NCBI GenBank assembly: GCA_016281115.1
Contig: JAEEHZ010000239.1
Span: 1-50,403 of the forward strand
Length of the DNA stretch: 50,403 nucleotides
Direction of reading: 5' to 3'
Origin: Clostridiaceae bacterium
GTDB lineage: Bacteria; Bacillota; Clostridia; Oscillospirales; Acutalibacteraceae
A program made the translations under genes and the position numbers. This document shows positions 8,593-19,439 of this stretch, piece by piece (position 1 is the first letter of the stretch; every line of letters starts with the position of its first letter). The notes beneath the pieces were generated by a model. The model did no database searches. It saw nothing but the letters and a program-made list of their open reading frames with translations, and was not told where the DNA came from.

Positions 8593-10521
8593 TTAAGTTA
8601 TGATGTGGGAATTAACATCTTCCCACTCGCGTAATTTAAATTCCTGTGCCCGCTCTTTGGAGTATGTTTTTACCGGCACGAAGAATCCTACAATTCTTGT
8701 GTACTCGGTATCCACCGGCTCTCCGCAATACGGACACACCGTTCCGTAGAATGCGTGGTTATGTTTACACGCTTGAATTTTGGTATTAAATGCAAAATAT
8801 GTTACTCCGTGGTCTGCGACATAATTCAACATATCCCATGCGGTTTCCGGATTATTAAACGGCGCGTCAATATTGATATGTAATATGCTGCCGCCATTGC
8901 AAAAGCCGTCAAATAATGCGGCAATTCTAATACGCTCTTGCAGCGTTGCCTTTATTCCGAGCGGTAAAAACTGGTTGCCATAGAGTGGTAAGTCGGTAAC
9001 CGTTTTACGCGGGAAGAAGAATTTATCTTTTTGCATCAGTTTAGCGGCGGCGGTTTCGCCGGGAATCTGCTCGCAGTTTATTTGGTAATCCACAAGTTTC
9101 ATAAACTCTGCTTTAACTTCATGAATTGTGTCGAAAATCCGCTTTCCAAATCGTTCCGCGTCATCTGTATAGAAAGTGTTTCCCGTTTCATCTACTCTCG
9201 TGTAGCCGAATACTTTCATAGTTTCGTACACCCCAATAAAACCGATTGTATTATAAAGGTGTTCGAAGTCTACCAGCCCGAGAGAAAAGTTTTTAAGCAA
9301 GCCCTTTTCAACATTTCTCTTAATTATATTGCGCACGCAATCTAAAGCCTGTAAATCGAGCCAAACCATGTTCTTTAACGCAGAAATATATGCGTCTTCC
9401 GTTTTGTTTTCTAACGCAAGTCTGGCAAGATTTACCGTGCTTACTTTTACAGATCCCACTTTCAGCGCGGTACCTCCAATAGAGTTAAAATAGCCGAGAC
9501 TTTCGATATTGGATTTAAGTCTGCAGCAATTGGACAAGCTTGTAACCGACGAGTCTACAAATAAATTGCTGTCACTCCATTTTCGATTGTGTTCACATGC
9601 GTATCTTGCAAATTCTTCGTCTACAAATTTGCCATCCTGGCGCAGTAAAGAGATTGAAATTACCGGGAAAGTCATCATATTATGGGTGCGAATTTCAGCT
9701 ACTGTCTCTAAAAACAGTTTTTGAAAATCCATAATGCCTTCGAGTTCGTCTATCATAAACTTGCCGTCCGGAAATTCTGCGCCGCCAAACAGCGCCTCAA
9801 GATATGGATGGTCAAAGAAAGAACAGTTTGAAAATGCTGACTGAATTCCATTCCTGGTGTGAGGCTGGTTTAATGCATATACAAGCCTTTGAATATTTTG
9901 TTGAGCATATTTTTCGGGTGACTCCGTAAAGTAATTATTTTTAATATCTCTATCCCAAAAATAATACATATATGGAATAAGATTCGGTAATCCGACCGCG
10001 CCCGATGAACGGTTACTTGCATAATGTACATATTCTTTAACAAAATCAACGAATGTCACAAGATGCTTGGCGGGTTCAGCATTAAAGTTTTCGAGAAAGA
10101 ATAATCCTCTTTCCGCGAGATCCTTAAGATCATACGCAAAACAATAGTGGACGAAAGATGTCGAATTCGCATCATGCATATACAAATGTCCGTCCCATTC
10201 GTTTTGCAACCAAGCGTTGGCCGCGCTAAAGCCGAAACGCTTATTCATTTCATAATATATTTTATTAAATGCAAGTAATTTCTGGTGCGGCTTGGGCATT
10301 TCGTTTATTAATGTTACTATGTCTTTTTGTCCCACGTTCGCGTTTCCGTCTACCGACGCATCCGCAACGGTTTCCGTGTCAATAAAATGGTCTATAAAAT
10401 CGGTATAACTTAACTGTCCCGGAGCCAATCCGTTCAGAGCTGCCATTTCCTCGCCATATTCACTTTGCATTTTATTGTAAGCATTAACGAAGTTTCGTTT
10501 TAATTCTATATTAATATTCAT
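8593..10521 (-). CDS. nrdD: class III anaerobic ribonucleoside-triphosphate reductase
   Basis: About 640 aa. C-terminal zinc ribbon (CKHNH...CPYCG) and glycyl-radical-type tail TRIVGFF. Start set at the ATG at 10521 with an upstream GAAGAGG. Confidence 0.85.
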   Translation of the reverse strand: MNINIELKRNFVNAYNKMQSEYGEEMAALNGLAPGQLSYTDFIDHFIDTETVADASVDGNANVGQKDIVTLINEMPKPHQKLLAFNKIYYEMNKRFGFSAANAWLQNEWDGHLYMHDANSTSFVHYCFAYDLKDLAERGLFFLENFNAEPAKHLVTFVDFVKEYVHYASNRSSGAVGLPNLIPYMYYFWDRDIKNNYFTESPEKYAQQNIQRLVYALNQPHTRNGIQSAFSNCSFFDHPYLEALFGGAEFPDGKFMIDELEGIMDFQKLFLETVAEIRTHNMMTFPVISISLLRQDGKFVDEEFARYACEHNRKWSDSNLFVDSSVTSLSNCCRLKSNIESLGYFNSIGGTALKVGSVKVSTVNLARLALENKTEDAYISALKNMVWLDLQALDCVRNIIKRNVEKGLLKNFSLGLVDFEHLYNTIGFIGVYETMKVFGYTRVDETGNTFYTDDAERFGKRIFDTIHEVKAEFMKLVDYQINCEQIPGETAAAKLMQKDKFFFPRKTVTDLPLYGNQFLPLGIKATLQERIRIAALFDGFCNGGSILHINIDAPFNNPETAWDMLNYVADHGVTYFAFNTKIQACKHNHAFYGTVCPYCGEPVDTEYTRIVGFFVPVKTYSKERAQEFKLREWEDVNSHIIT

Positions 10522-10531
10522 GTGTACCTCT

Positions 10532-10744
10532 TCATTTTTCCGCATTAAGCATATCAACTGCTTCGCGGAAGTTTAATAATACCCCGTCCAAACTTAACAC
10601 CGGTACTTCTGTGATTCCAAGAGCCAGCATCTCTTCTGTCGAGGTGTTTTCGGTGTAAGTAATATTCTTCTCAGAAAGCTTCTTTTTCAGCACATTGCAT
10701 CGGGGGCACCCGGTAGAATATAAAATAATGTTTTTATTAATCAT
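10532..10744 (-). CDS. glutaredoxin-like NrdH-type redoxin
   Basis: CPRC active site at the start of a 70-aa thioredoxin-fold-size protein. Start at 10744 behind AAGAGGTG. Confidence 0.7.
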   Translation of the reverse strand: MINKNIILYSTGCPRCNVLKKKLSEKNITYTENTSTEEMLALGITEVPVLSLDGVLLNFREAVDMLNAEK

Positions 10745-10770
10745 TTTTTCACCTCTTAATCGGGCTGAGA

Positions 10771-11412
10771 TTATATTATAGTATCCATGTCGCAATCTTC
10801 GCCGATGATATAATCCACGAAACCTTTTTCTTTGGCTTCATCTGCAAACAAATACCATTCAACTCGCAGTTTGCTATCGTATTCAGAGTCTGTAAGCCTG
10901 CTTCTGGAAATAATATATTCTTTAACCCTTTCTTCAATTTTACGTTGAAATTTCATCTGATCCTGCGCTTTGGCACCTGAATTATAAACAAAATTCGAAC
11001 CGTCGTGCATAAGAAATTTAGCGTTTTTTGTTGCAAATCTTTTATGTCCGGCAAGTCCTATAAGGAAGCCCATGCTATACTGATATCCGAGGTTAATCGT
11101 ATACACCGGAGTTTTACTATTTCGGATTACGTCTATCAGCTCAAACCCAGAATCTACTTCTCCGCCATTCGACGTAATATACAGCAATATCGGTTGACGT
11201 TTGTCAACGGGAATTTCCTTATCCTCTTTGTTAATCTGTAAAATATGTCTTACGACATCGGTTATAGACAATTGCTCAATATCGGTAGTTAAAAAAAGTT
11301 TGCGTTGTTGTAAATCTTTTAAGTAAAATAACGAATCTATAGCATTATTTTCTGTTAATACGTTTTCAATATCAACATCGATATCGTAGTATGAATCTTT
11401 TTTAGTCTTCAT
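10771..11412 (-). CDS. ClpP-family (S14) serine peptidase
   Basis: ITSNGGEVDSG, YQYSMGFLI (Ser) and FLMHDGS (His) match the ClpP catalytic contexts. Confidence 0.7.
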   Translation of the reverse strand: MKTKKDSYYDIDVDIENVLTENNAIDSLFYLKDLQQRKLFLTTDIEQLSITDVVRHILQINKEDKEIPVDKRQPILLYITSNGGEVDSGFELIDVIRNSKTPVYTINLGYQYSMGFLIGLAGHKRFATKNAKFLMHDGSNFVYNSGAKAQDQMKFQRKIEERVKEYIISRSRLTDSEYDSKLRVEWYLFADEAKEKGFVDYIIGEDCDMDTII

Positions 11413-11938
11413 TTAAGTGCTCCTTAATCCATTGTGAAATCGTTTCGTCCAGATCACGCAGCGAACCGTTATTTTTTATTAAATAATCGGGTTGTATGCC
11501 GTCTAACGCGGTTTCGCTCGGGTGATGCTGCTGTTCCGGAGAAAGTAAGTTTGTAAAATTATTTCGAACAATTCTAAGATGTGTAACTGCGAAACCGTCG
11601 GACTTCAGCTTGCCAAGTTCATTTGGAAACCTCAAATCCGGTATAATTACATAGTCCCAATTTGTTCCAAAAAATTTTAGTATTGTAGAAATGAAATCAA
11701 CCCAAAAATCCGGTTCTTCTTTTCTGATAATATCCGTCCCGACATATTGTAAAATATGACGTCCGTGTTCGTCCTTCGCGCCATCCCAATTAAAAAATGT
11801 TTTGCAGATATACTTCAGTAAATCGGCGTAATGCGTGATTAATACACGATATTGTTTCTCTCTTAGTTTGTCGGAGAGTAATTTTGCAACTGTGTCTTTA
11901 CCGTTTTGTGCATGGCCTGAAATTGTAATTATCTTCAT
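11402..11938 (-). CDS. deoxynucleoside-monophosphate kinase-like P-loop protein
   Basis: P-loop SGHAQNGKDT at the N-terminus. Start at 11938 behind GGGGTGA. Confidence 0.55.
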   Translation of the reverse strand: MKIITISGHAQNGKDTVAKLLSDKLREKQYRVLITHYADLLKYICKTFFNWDGAKDEHGRHILQYVGTDIIRKEEPDFWVDFISTILKFFGTNWDYVIIPDLRFPNELGKLKSDGFAVTHLRIVRNNFTNLLSPEQQHHPSETALDGIQPDYLIKNNGSLRDLDETISQWIKEHLNED

Positions 11939-11957
11939 ATGTTTTTCACCCCTTTTG

Positions 11958-12368
11958 TCAGATAAAGTTTGAATGTCTTTGAAATTTATCGACGGCATCT
12001 CGAACCGACATTGTTTCGTGCGGGGTATACCATTTATTCTCCAAGCCGTCGTATATCTCGCGCACTTTGCACCATGCTGCTACCACCGGTTTATGTGTAT
12101 CTCTTACTGCGTGTTCGCATATAAATGCCACAGCTTGTTTGCCAACTTTTATAAAATCGTCAACCATGCGCTGTAACGCCAGCCTTTGTCCAAACGGCAC
12201 ATCTGCGTCGCCATATTTTATTTCAAAGATTATGTATTTCGAGTCTTTATACTCAATTAAACCGTCTATATCTGTGGGATAAATACTTCCATCAATTGCC
12301 AAGCCTTTAAAGTCAACCAATTGCTTCATTCTGTTTTGATTGTTAATTTTCGTCCTTATGCTCATCAC
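11958..12368 (-). CDS. hypothetical protein (possible PD-(D/E)xK-like fold)
   Basis: TDIDGLIE...IFEIKYG resembles a D...ExK nuclease core. Weak. Confidence 0.4.
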   Translation of the reverse strand: MMSIRTKINNQNRMKQLVDFKGLAIDGSIYPTDIDGLIEYKDSKYIIFEIKYGDADVPFGQRLALQRMVDDFIKVGKQAVAFICEHAVRDTHKPVVAAWCKVREIYDGLENKWYTPHETMSVRDAVDKFQRHSNFI

Positions 12369-12567
12369 TTCCGTTTTCAGTTATGATTGGCGAGACAAGA
12401 CACGAATCTATAAGTTTCTCAATACAATCACAGCATAAGTTTAAATCAACCGTGTCGCCGTCGTATTTTGTCCCGTACCCAAAACGCCTGTACATTCTGA
12501 AGCCTTCTTGCATATCCCACATATCAAGTTCTTTACCGCATTTATTACAAATTATTTTACTTGACAT
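12343..12567 (-). CDS. small zinc-ribbon protein
   Basis: CNKCG...CCDC Cys pairs, 74 aa. Confidence 0.45.
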   Translation of the reverse strand: MSSKIICNKCGKELDMWDMQEGFRMYRRFGYGTKYDGDTVDLNLCCDCIEKLIDSCLVSPIITENGSDEHKDEN

Positions 12568-12568
12568 A

Positions 12569-12952
12569 TCACACGTTCCTTTCGGTTATTTTAAATGATT
12601 TGAGAAAATCGTTTAAAAAAGATTCTCCTTCGTTATTAACATCACAAATATCTTTTGTAAAGTCAGCATTAGACATAGGATCTCCCATAAGGACAATCGG
12701 ATCGCCCTCATATACTACCTTAATAGGCTTGTCGTTGCCTGCGGTAATTATAAGTACATTATCATCGTAGTTAGGCGTGCTTAAATCCAGAGTATTATAT
12801 CCTAATCTCGCAAACACAGTTGCACTATCTATAAAATCAGTAATTGCGACGCCAACTTTTTTTGCAGCATCTGCCGCAGTGTCCGCAAAAAATTCTATTT
12901 CCTCATTTAACCGATGTATAAGGTTGGAAAAATCTGACTGAATGATCCACAC
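12569..12952 (-). CDS. hypothetical protein
   Basis: 127-aa ORF tightly packed in the operon. No motif recognised. Confidence 0.45.
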   Translation of the reverse strand: MWIIQSDFSNLIHRLNEEIEFFADTAADAAKKVGVAITDFIDSATVFARLGYNTLDLSTPNYDDNVLIITAGNDKPIKVVYEGDPIVLMGDPMSNADFTKDICDVNNEGESFLNDFLKSFKITERNV

Positions 12953-12960
12953 ACACCTCC

Positions 12961-15900
12961 TTAATTAATTTTACTGAATCCCGTCATCACAAAATAAGTG
13001 TTATCGCGATCAAAAGATTTTAAATATACAATATCTCCCTTGTGAATAGGATCTGTATTATATACGTTGTTAAAAATTGTAAATCTACTGTCTTTGCCGC
13101 TTCCTATTGATTTGGTTAAAACCGAATACCCGAATTGCTTATTATCTCTTTTTCTTTTAAGAGGATATATTTCGGTTATATACAATTTGCGGCGATCTTC
13201 TTCTTTGCCGGACACATACCCTGCGTAACCCATAACTTCTTCAAAGTTTTTTGCTTTTGCAACATCACTTAAATCTTCCATGTGCGTAGCTTTGATTGCG
13301 TTTTCGGTTTCTCTCATAATCGAGACGACATCAAGCAATGTGTAACTCTTCGCAACATTCCCTGTTTTTGTTGTCCCTACTGAATATTTGACCACGATAG
13401 GTTCTAACGGAGTTCCGTTAATTTGATCTTTTTTTATTTGCTTTGCTTCGCCCTGCTTAAATGTGTTATAAAACATATCGGTAATATACAGTAACTCTCT
13501 TTGATTCCCAAAATCCGAGAAATAGTCGAGTTTTATCAAAATATCAAGTTGTCTTGTATCAAGCGAGGTTTGTTTTATATCTGTAAGCACATCAACAAAC
13601 TTTGTATACATTTTGCTATGCGCAAGATCATATAATTCCTCCGCGATGCCCTTGCTCATATATTTGATAGACGCGAGTCCCTTAGCAATGAGATTCTTTT
13701 CTTTATCGTAGAAGTATTCGCTTTTCGATATCCCCCATTTAGGCATTGTAACCCGAATTCCTCTCCGGGTGGCGAGTTCAGTTCCGGTTTTAATATCGTC
13801 TTCGTTAGCCGAGTTATTAAGATATGAAGTGATAAACTCAATTGGATAGTAATGCCGGAAATATCCGTAATAATATCCAAGCAAGCAATATGCTATGCTA
13901 TGGTTGTAATTAAACATGTATGAAGACGCGTCTTCGATGACTTTCAAATATTCTGTTACTTCCTTTTCGGCTTCATCTTTCGGCTTTCCGGAACTTGCGC
14001 AATATCCCGCAAGTATTTCCGGCATCATCTTTTCAAGTTCATCGAGTTTTTTCTTTGCAATTCCTCTGCGCACGGTGTCCGCCTTACTTCCGGATAATCC
14101 GCACACATCAGTTAAATAACGGGTTACGTCTTCTTGGTAAACCAAATACCCAAGGTTGACCTCAAGTAGTTTATCTATCGCACTTGACGGGTTTTTATGA
14201 ATTTTCCTTTGCAATAAATCATCTCTGTATGAAGCGCCTGACGGTCTTATGCAAGCTGTAACCAACGACATATCAAAAATACTGTGCGGGTGGAATTTTT
14301 TAAGGCTTTGCGCCGCGAACGAGGATTCAAATTGAAATATCGCGGTTTGATCTTTACATATATCGTCCCAAACCTCTTTATCGTCAAAATCTATATCACT
14401 TGTTTTTGGATACGGCACACCCGCATAATTACAGGTATCTCTTATTACCTTTACCGATTTAAGTATCAACATATCATATTTAATTAATCCCGCCATATGA
14501 GCGTTATCCATATCGAGCGTTAAGCACAATTCGCCGTCTTTATCAAAAACCCCGTAGTTGTCTGCCAATGTAATAGGGCTAATTACCATACCCGCGGAAT
14601 GGATAGACTGTGATATTTTTGTGTCAAACAAACCGTCGAAATAATAAAACAATTCCGGATATTTATGTTTTGTTTTTTCTTCATTTGCATCAAATTCAAG
14701 TTTTATTCTTGCAACGTTAGACAGGCTCCACGGATTATCCTTGTTATTCGGATGTTTTTCACTCCACTCCAAAGCCAGAGCTCTACCTACGTCATCAATA
14801 ACGCCTTTCGCTTTCATAGTTCCGAACGATGCTACCCTTGCCGTAAACTCGGTGCCGAATTTTTCAACTATGTGTTGGAAAATTGCCGGTCTGTCTGTGT
14901 CAACAACGTCTGTATCAATATCGCCCGGCTCTACTCTGTCTTCATTCGCAAAACGTGAAAACAGTGTTCCCCAGGTTTCCGGGTTTAAGTCGGTTATATC
15001 GGTAATATATGCAACTCTGGAACCTCCGACTGAACCCCTGGCGGTACCAACCGCCATTCCGCTATCTCTACACCATGAAATTATTTCCGCCATACTGAGC
15101 ATAAAACCCGTCATTTTCAGTTTGCGCAATACTCTCATTTCCTCATCGATTGCTTTGCGAAATGCGTCGCGTTGGGTTTCCGGAATTATACCTCTTGATA
15201 ATTTATCGTCGAATTTATGTTCAACAAGTTCTGTAAAACGCCTATCGTCTTCTTCTCTTGTACCGTATAGTATAGGATATTTTATCGATGTGTCGAGTTC
15301 GATATCGTCCGTCAAATCATACAAGCGGTTTGTATTCTCTATGGCGCTTAAATATTCCGCTTCTGGTAATGCGTTTTGTTCCCTAAACATTTCAACAAGC
15401 TCGTCATACGTTTTATACGACAAATCAAACGCATCTTCGTCTCCATATGACTTGTGTTTTGATTTTAAGAGAATTGATCTGCACTCGGCTTTATATTTAT
15501 TTGCGCTATGCGTATCAGTACCTGCGATAAGCGGAGTACCGATTTCTTTTGATAATTTTAATAATCGCTTATTATACTCAATTTGCTCGGGATGATTGTG
15601 CGCCTGAACTTCGAGAAAATCGTATTTTTTAGCAAGTTCCATATAGCGCGGATGTGTGTCTGGAAGTCTATTGAGAGGAGACGCAAGACACGCGCTGGTG
15701 GTGATAATATTACTTGAAATACCCAGAAATTCGTCGAAACTTATTCGGTTTGTATAGTAAAAATGCTCTCTATCGGAAGATCTGCTAACCAGCGAATTCA
15801 ATTCTTTGACTCCATCTGCATTTTTTGCTATCAGAATTGTGTGGTAATTATCTCTGATTTTATCTTCAAGGGATTCGGTAAGATAGATTTCTACAGAATG

Positions 15901-16101
15901 TATGTATTTGAGCCCAGCGTTTTTACACGCCGCCAATTTCTCTATCCAATTTAGCGGTTTTCCGCGTCAATGTTCAGAGAATGATATTGCCCTCAACCCA
16001 TCTCTCAGTGCGAGATCAATATATTCTTGTATTTTTGAACAACTATCAAGCAGACTGTATTCCGTATGCACATGGTATGGAATGTATATTTTCTCTGACA
16101 T
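12961..16101 (-). CDS. dnaE: DNA polymerase III alpha (DnaE-type) with an in-frame UGA at codon 45
   Basis: ATG at 16101 behind GGGGGTGA encodes MSEKIYIPYHVHTEYSLLD...AISFSEH (start of the PHP domain). TGA follows at 15967-15969. The same frame then continues RGKPLNWIEKLAACKNAGLKYIHSVEIY... for 991 aa of polymerase. Confidence 0.85.
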
Positions 16102-16974
16102 CTATATCACCCCCTTTAAAATTGCTTGAGATATAACACGCTCGTATTCTCTCTTAATTCTTTTCTTCTTTTCGGAATCTTCTAATAATTCATCAAAAAC
16201 CGACGCGGAGATATTTCCTTCTATTAACAATCTTTGTTTAAATTCTTTTTGATATTTCTCGTCTAAATCAAATCCAATGCCCCTTCTGCCCATAATTTTT
16301 GCCGCAATCAACGAGGTTCCGCTGCCAGCAAAAGGATCTAATATTATATCGCCAGGATGGGTTGACATTTTAATAATACGAATTATCATTGGTAACGGAT
16401 ATACTGTCGGATGTGATAGTTTTAGCATTTGTTTGGTCATGTTGTTTACCCTGTCAAAATACCATACATCTGTAGGGTTCCTACCCGTACCGTCTTTTAG
16501 TCTTTTATCATTTTTAGAAATATAAGGCACTCGTATTTCATTTAAATTAAAAATATAATTATTTAGATCTTTAACAAACCATAGTATGTTTTCATATCTT
16601 CCGGACAATCTGTTGACGCAATTTTGCATATTATTAAAAGTCCACGTAATAATATTTCGCAAAAATAAACCGTTGTCTTTCAAAATTTGATATCCTATGT
16701 ATTGCAACGGCAAAATTTCGTTTGTTTTGCTTGTAGGCACCTGTCCAAGATTTAAGAAAAAACTTCCGTCGGGAGTTAATACCCTACACACTTCTTTGGA
16801 CACATCATTTAATAATTCTTCCCACTCATTTAATGGTATATTATCTTTATATTTTCCGTAAGGCTTGCCAATATTATATGGTGGGGATGTAATTGCCAAT
16901 CTTATTGAGGAATCAGGTATGGTTTTAAGCAGTTCTCTAGAATCACCAACCCTGTAGTCCAAATCTTTAGTCAT
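16102..16974 (-). CDS. DNA methyltransferase, beta-class N4-C/N6-A (orphan)
   Basis: Catalytic SPPY precedes SAM motif DPFAGSGTS, the beta-class order. Confidence 0.85.
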   Translation of the reverse strand: MTKDLDYRVGDSRELLKTIPDSSIRLAITSPPYNIGKPYGKYKDNIPLNEWEELLNDVSKEVCRVLTPDGSFFLNLGQVPTSKTNEILPLQYIGYQILKDNGLFLRNIITWTFNNMQNCVNRLSGRYENILWFVKDLNNYIFNLNEIRVPYISKNDKRLKDGTGRNPTDVWYFDRVNNMTKQMLKLSHPTVYPLPMIIRIIKMSTHPGDIILDPFAGSGTSLIAAKIMGRRGIGFDLDEKYQKEFKQRLLIEGNISASVFDELLEDSEKKKRIKREYERVISQAILKGVI

Positions 16975-16994
16975 ATAATCTCCTATTAATATTC

Positions 16995-17978
16995 TTATTT
17001 GTATTTTAGCCTTTGTTCATAAAGCTTTTTAAAAACCTCAACACCCTTGTCTACGGGGGAGTCCTTGCTGTCCAGCAAATCCTCTCTATCCCATAAATAC
17101 TCGACGTTTACATATCTTTTTAATTTTGCAATATTATGGTCGTCTCGAACTCTTACGTCTTTATCGAGCGCAAAAACCACTCTGCATCCAAGCCACGCAA
17201 GGATTTTCATTTGATGCGGGTTCAAATGCGATGTTAATATCGCCCCGCAATTATGTATTCCCCAGGTATCTGCTAATAAAACGCTTTTACAGCCCTCGAA
17301 CAGAATTATTTCGCGCTTATCGCGTATCGCATCCATGTTTTCAGAGAGTCCATAGATAGTGTCCAGCGTTCCCCATGACTTAAAATAACAATATTTCTTT
17401 TGTTTTTTCTCTTTCCAGAGAGGATCGAGCGTTCTACCGCCTATATTTACTATTTTTCCGTCTAAATTGTGTATCGGATATACCAATCTGTTTGAAAAAC
17501 TGTCATAATAAACCTGAAATTTATCCAAAGATGCTCTGGAGATACCCTCATTTTCCCAGACAGCGAGTTTTTCGCTGTTTTTTTCGTATCTTTCCATGTA
17601 ATTGTCTGGTAATATTGTTGCGCTTGAATGCTTTTGGTTTGTTCTTGGCTTCAAAAACCGCTTGCATGTCATTGTCGCGGCCATTTTTCCTCTTGGAGAG
17701 GATATTTCGCCGTTAATACCCGCGAATTTCTTTAGAATATCTATTGCTTCGCGTGGCGAGCACCGATAATAATACTTAACAAACGTAAAAACGTTTCCTC
17801 CGATGCCGGAACTGTAATCAAAAAATACCGGTGGATCCCTTCTTACCGAAAATGATGGCGTTTTTTCGTCTTTAAAGCAACTTAACCCCCAAAACTCGCC
17901 GTTTCGCTCTGTTAAATCAACAAATTGCGATATAAAATCCACGATGTCTATGCTTTGAATAATATCGTTGAGTTCCAC
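16995..17978 (-). CDS. DnaG-like DNA primase
   Basis: Zinc-finger-region remnant ...KDEKTPSFSV... plus TOPRIM-like EGCKSVLL and ALDKD. GTG start behind AAGAGGTG. Confidence 0.75.
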   Translation of the reverse strand: MELNDIIQSIDIVDFISQFVDLTERNGEFWGLSCFKDEKTPSFSVRRDPPVFFDYSSGIGGNVFTFVKYYYRCSPREAIDILKKFAGINGEISSPRGKMAATMTCKRFLKPRTNQKHSSATILPDNYMERYEKNSEKLAVWENEGISRASLDKFQVYYDSFSNRLVYPIHNLDGKIVNIGGRTLDPLWKEKKQKKYCYFKSWGTLDTIYGLSENMDAIRDKREIILFEGCKSVLLADTWGIHNCGAILTSHLNPHQMKILAWLGCRVVFALDKDVRVRDDHNIAKLKRYVNVEYLWDREDLLDSKDSPVDKGVEVFKKLYEQRLKYK

Positions 17979-18077
17979 GTCATCACCTCTTTGCAGTATA
18001 TATAATTATATTGACACGGTTGAAAATAAAGGGCGGTATACCACCCAAATATTCAGATTTTGCGTGATTTTTATAAG

Positions 18078-19439
18078 TTAATAGGGCATTTCGGGCACGT
18101 GTTGCTGCTTTGCTTCTTCGAGTAAGCAAATATTACCGTTAAAATCAATATTAATCCATTCTCCGTCTACATGTTGCATACCGTTTCTGTTTTGTGCCAC
18201 AACAAGTTTCTTTTGGCCGGAGTTTTCGCCATCCTGTTCGCATTCGTCAGGCGTTTTATCAGTCAACAGCATAATGGTAGACGCGTTCCTGGATATTTTA
18301 ACACTGTCTGCGAGTTTATTATTTGAAGTAAGCTGCGCTGCCGCTAATCCGGCTATACCAAGCTTCCCGCAAATTTCATTTTTAATTAAATCTGTGAGAT
18401 TCCCCAGCTCACTATATACAACATAGGCGTCGGTGCTGCTACCCGTGGGCTTTAAGTAATCAACAATAAGCACGTCGAGTTTACCGAACCTATGGGAAAC
18501 CTTTTTTACCGCGGTGTATATTGTTTGTTTGTCAAAAATCGGCAAATACATATGAACAAGCTTCTGTTGTTTTACCCATTCTATTTGTTTTCTGATTTTT
18601 ATTTCTTCATCTTTGTTATATCTGCCGCTTCTTATTCTGGAAAATTCAATTCCCGTTAAATGAGAAATCAATCTACACAAAAATAACCTGCTCGAAAGTT
18701 CACTATCAAGATAAAAAACCGTTTTACCCTGTCTTAAAATATCCACCGCTTCGTTCAGCATAAACATTGATTTTGCGCCCTTTGCGGGGGCTCCCACAAC
18801 CACTAACTCTCCTTGTTCTATTCTGACGTATTCGTTAAGAGTCGGAAATTTAAAAGGAATACCCGCGTCCCTGCCGTCTTGATGGTTTTCTATTTCAGTC
18901 CACAGTTCATCGACTACATCTTTAAACTCAGGCACGTCATCAACTGTTGAATAATCCACCATAATCTCATCTATTGCGGCATAAATTTTACTTTCAAGGT
19001 TCTTTTCGTCGAGCTTCGTACAGAGCCCCATGCACTCCTTCAACCTTTGAAACGTGTCTCTTCGGAATGCCGCGTCCACAACGTTTGACACCAGCATTTT
19101 ATATTCTTCCAGTGTTCCGCGCGCCAGTACGTCGCTCATATCGACAAGTTCCTGCAGTTTATCAACCGTTAGTTCGCTTGCGAACTTTCTTGTTGCCTCA
19201 GAGGAATTTAAATTCTCCATTATATTATATGGATCGATGGTGGTAATCCCACGTCTGGCAAGATCGCAAATTGCGGTATACACACATCTGTTTTCTTTGT
19301 TTGTAAAGTGTCCGGGTAAGAGATATTCTGAATAAAAAGAAAATTCCGGATTGTGAATCAATGTGGCAATAATACCCGATTCACTTTCTAAACTGTTAAT
19401 ATCTTCGGCTCTAACAATAACACTCACCTCATCTCCCAA
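18078..19439 (-). CDS. DnaB-family replicative helicase
   Basis: N-terminal DnaB-like domain and RecA-type core with Walker A GAPAKGAKS. 453 aa. Confidence 0.85.
   Translation of the reverse strand: MGDEVSVIVRAEDINSLESESGIIATLIHNPEFSFYSEYLLPGHFTNKENRCVYTAICDLARRGITTIDPYNIMENLNSSEATRKFASELTVDKLQELVDMSDVLARGTLEEYKMLVSNVVDAAFRRDTFQRLKECMGLCTKLDEKNLESKIYAAIDEIMVDYSTVDDVPEFKDVVDELWTEIENHQDGRDAGIPFKFPTLNEYVRIEQGELVVVGAPAKGAKSMFMLNEAVDILRQGKTVFYLDSELSSRLFLCRLISHLTGIEFSRIRSGRYNKDEEIKIRKQIEWVKQQKLVHMYLPIFDKQTIYTAVKKVSHRFGKLDVLIVDYLKPTGSSTDAYVVYSELGNLTDLIKNEICGKLGIAGLAAAQLTSNNKLADSVKISRNASTIMLLTDKTPDECEQDGENSGQKKLVVAQNRNGMQHVDGEWINIDFNGNICLLEEAKQQHVPEMPY

Noticed and set aside
15967-15969. Genome-wide UGA reassignment (code 4 or 25) or selenocysteine to explain the UGA in dnaE
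   Set aside because: TGA is used as a real stop in the same module: ssb ends at its conserved ...DELPF tail with TGA, and the Cas4-like and NrdH-like genes also end in TGA. No tRNA or tRNA-like element in the window has a UCA anticodon. The hairpin after the UGA is much smaller than a bacterial SECIS.
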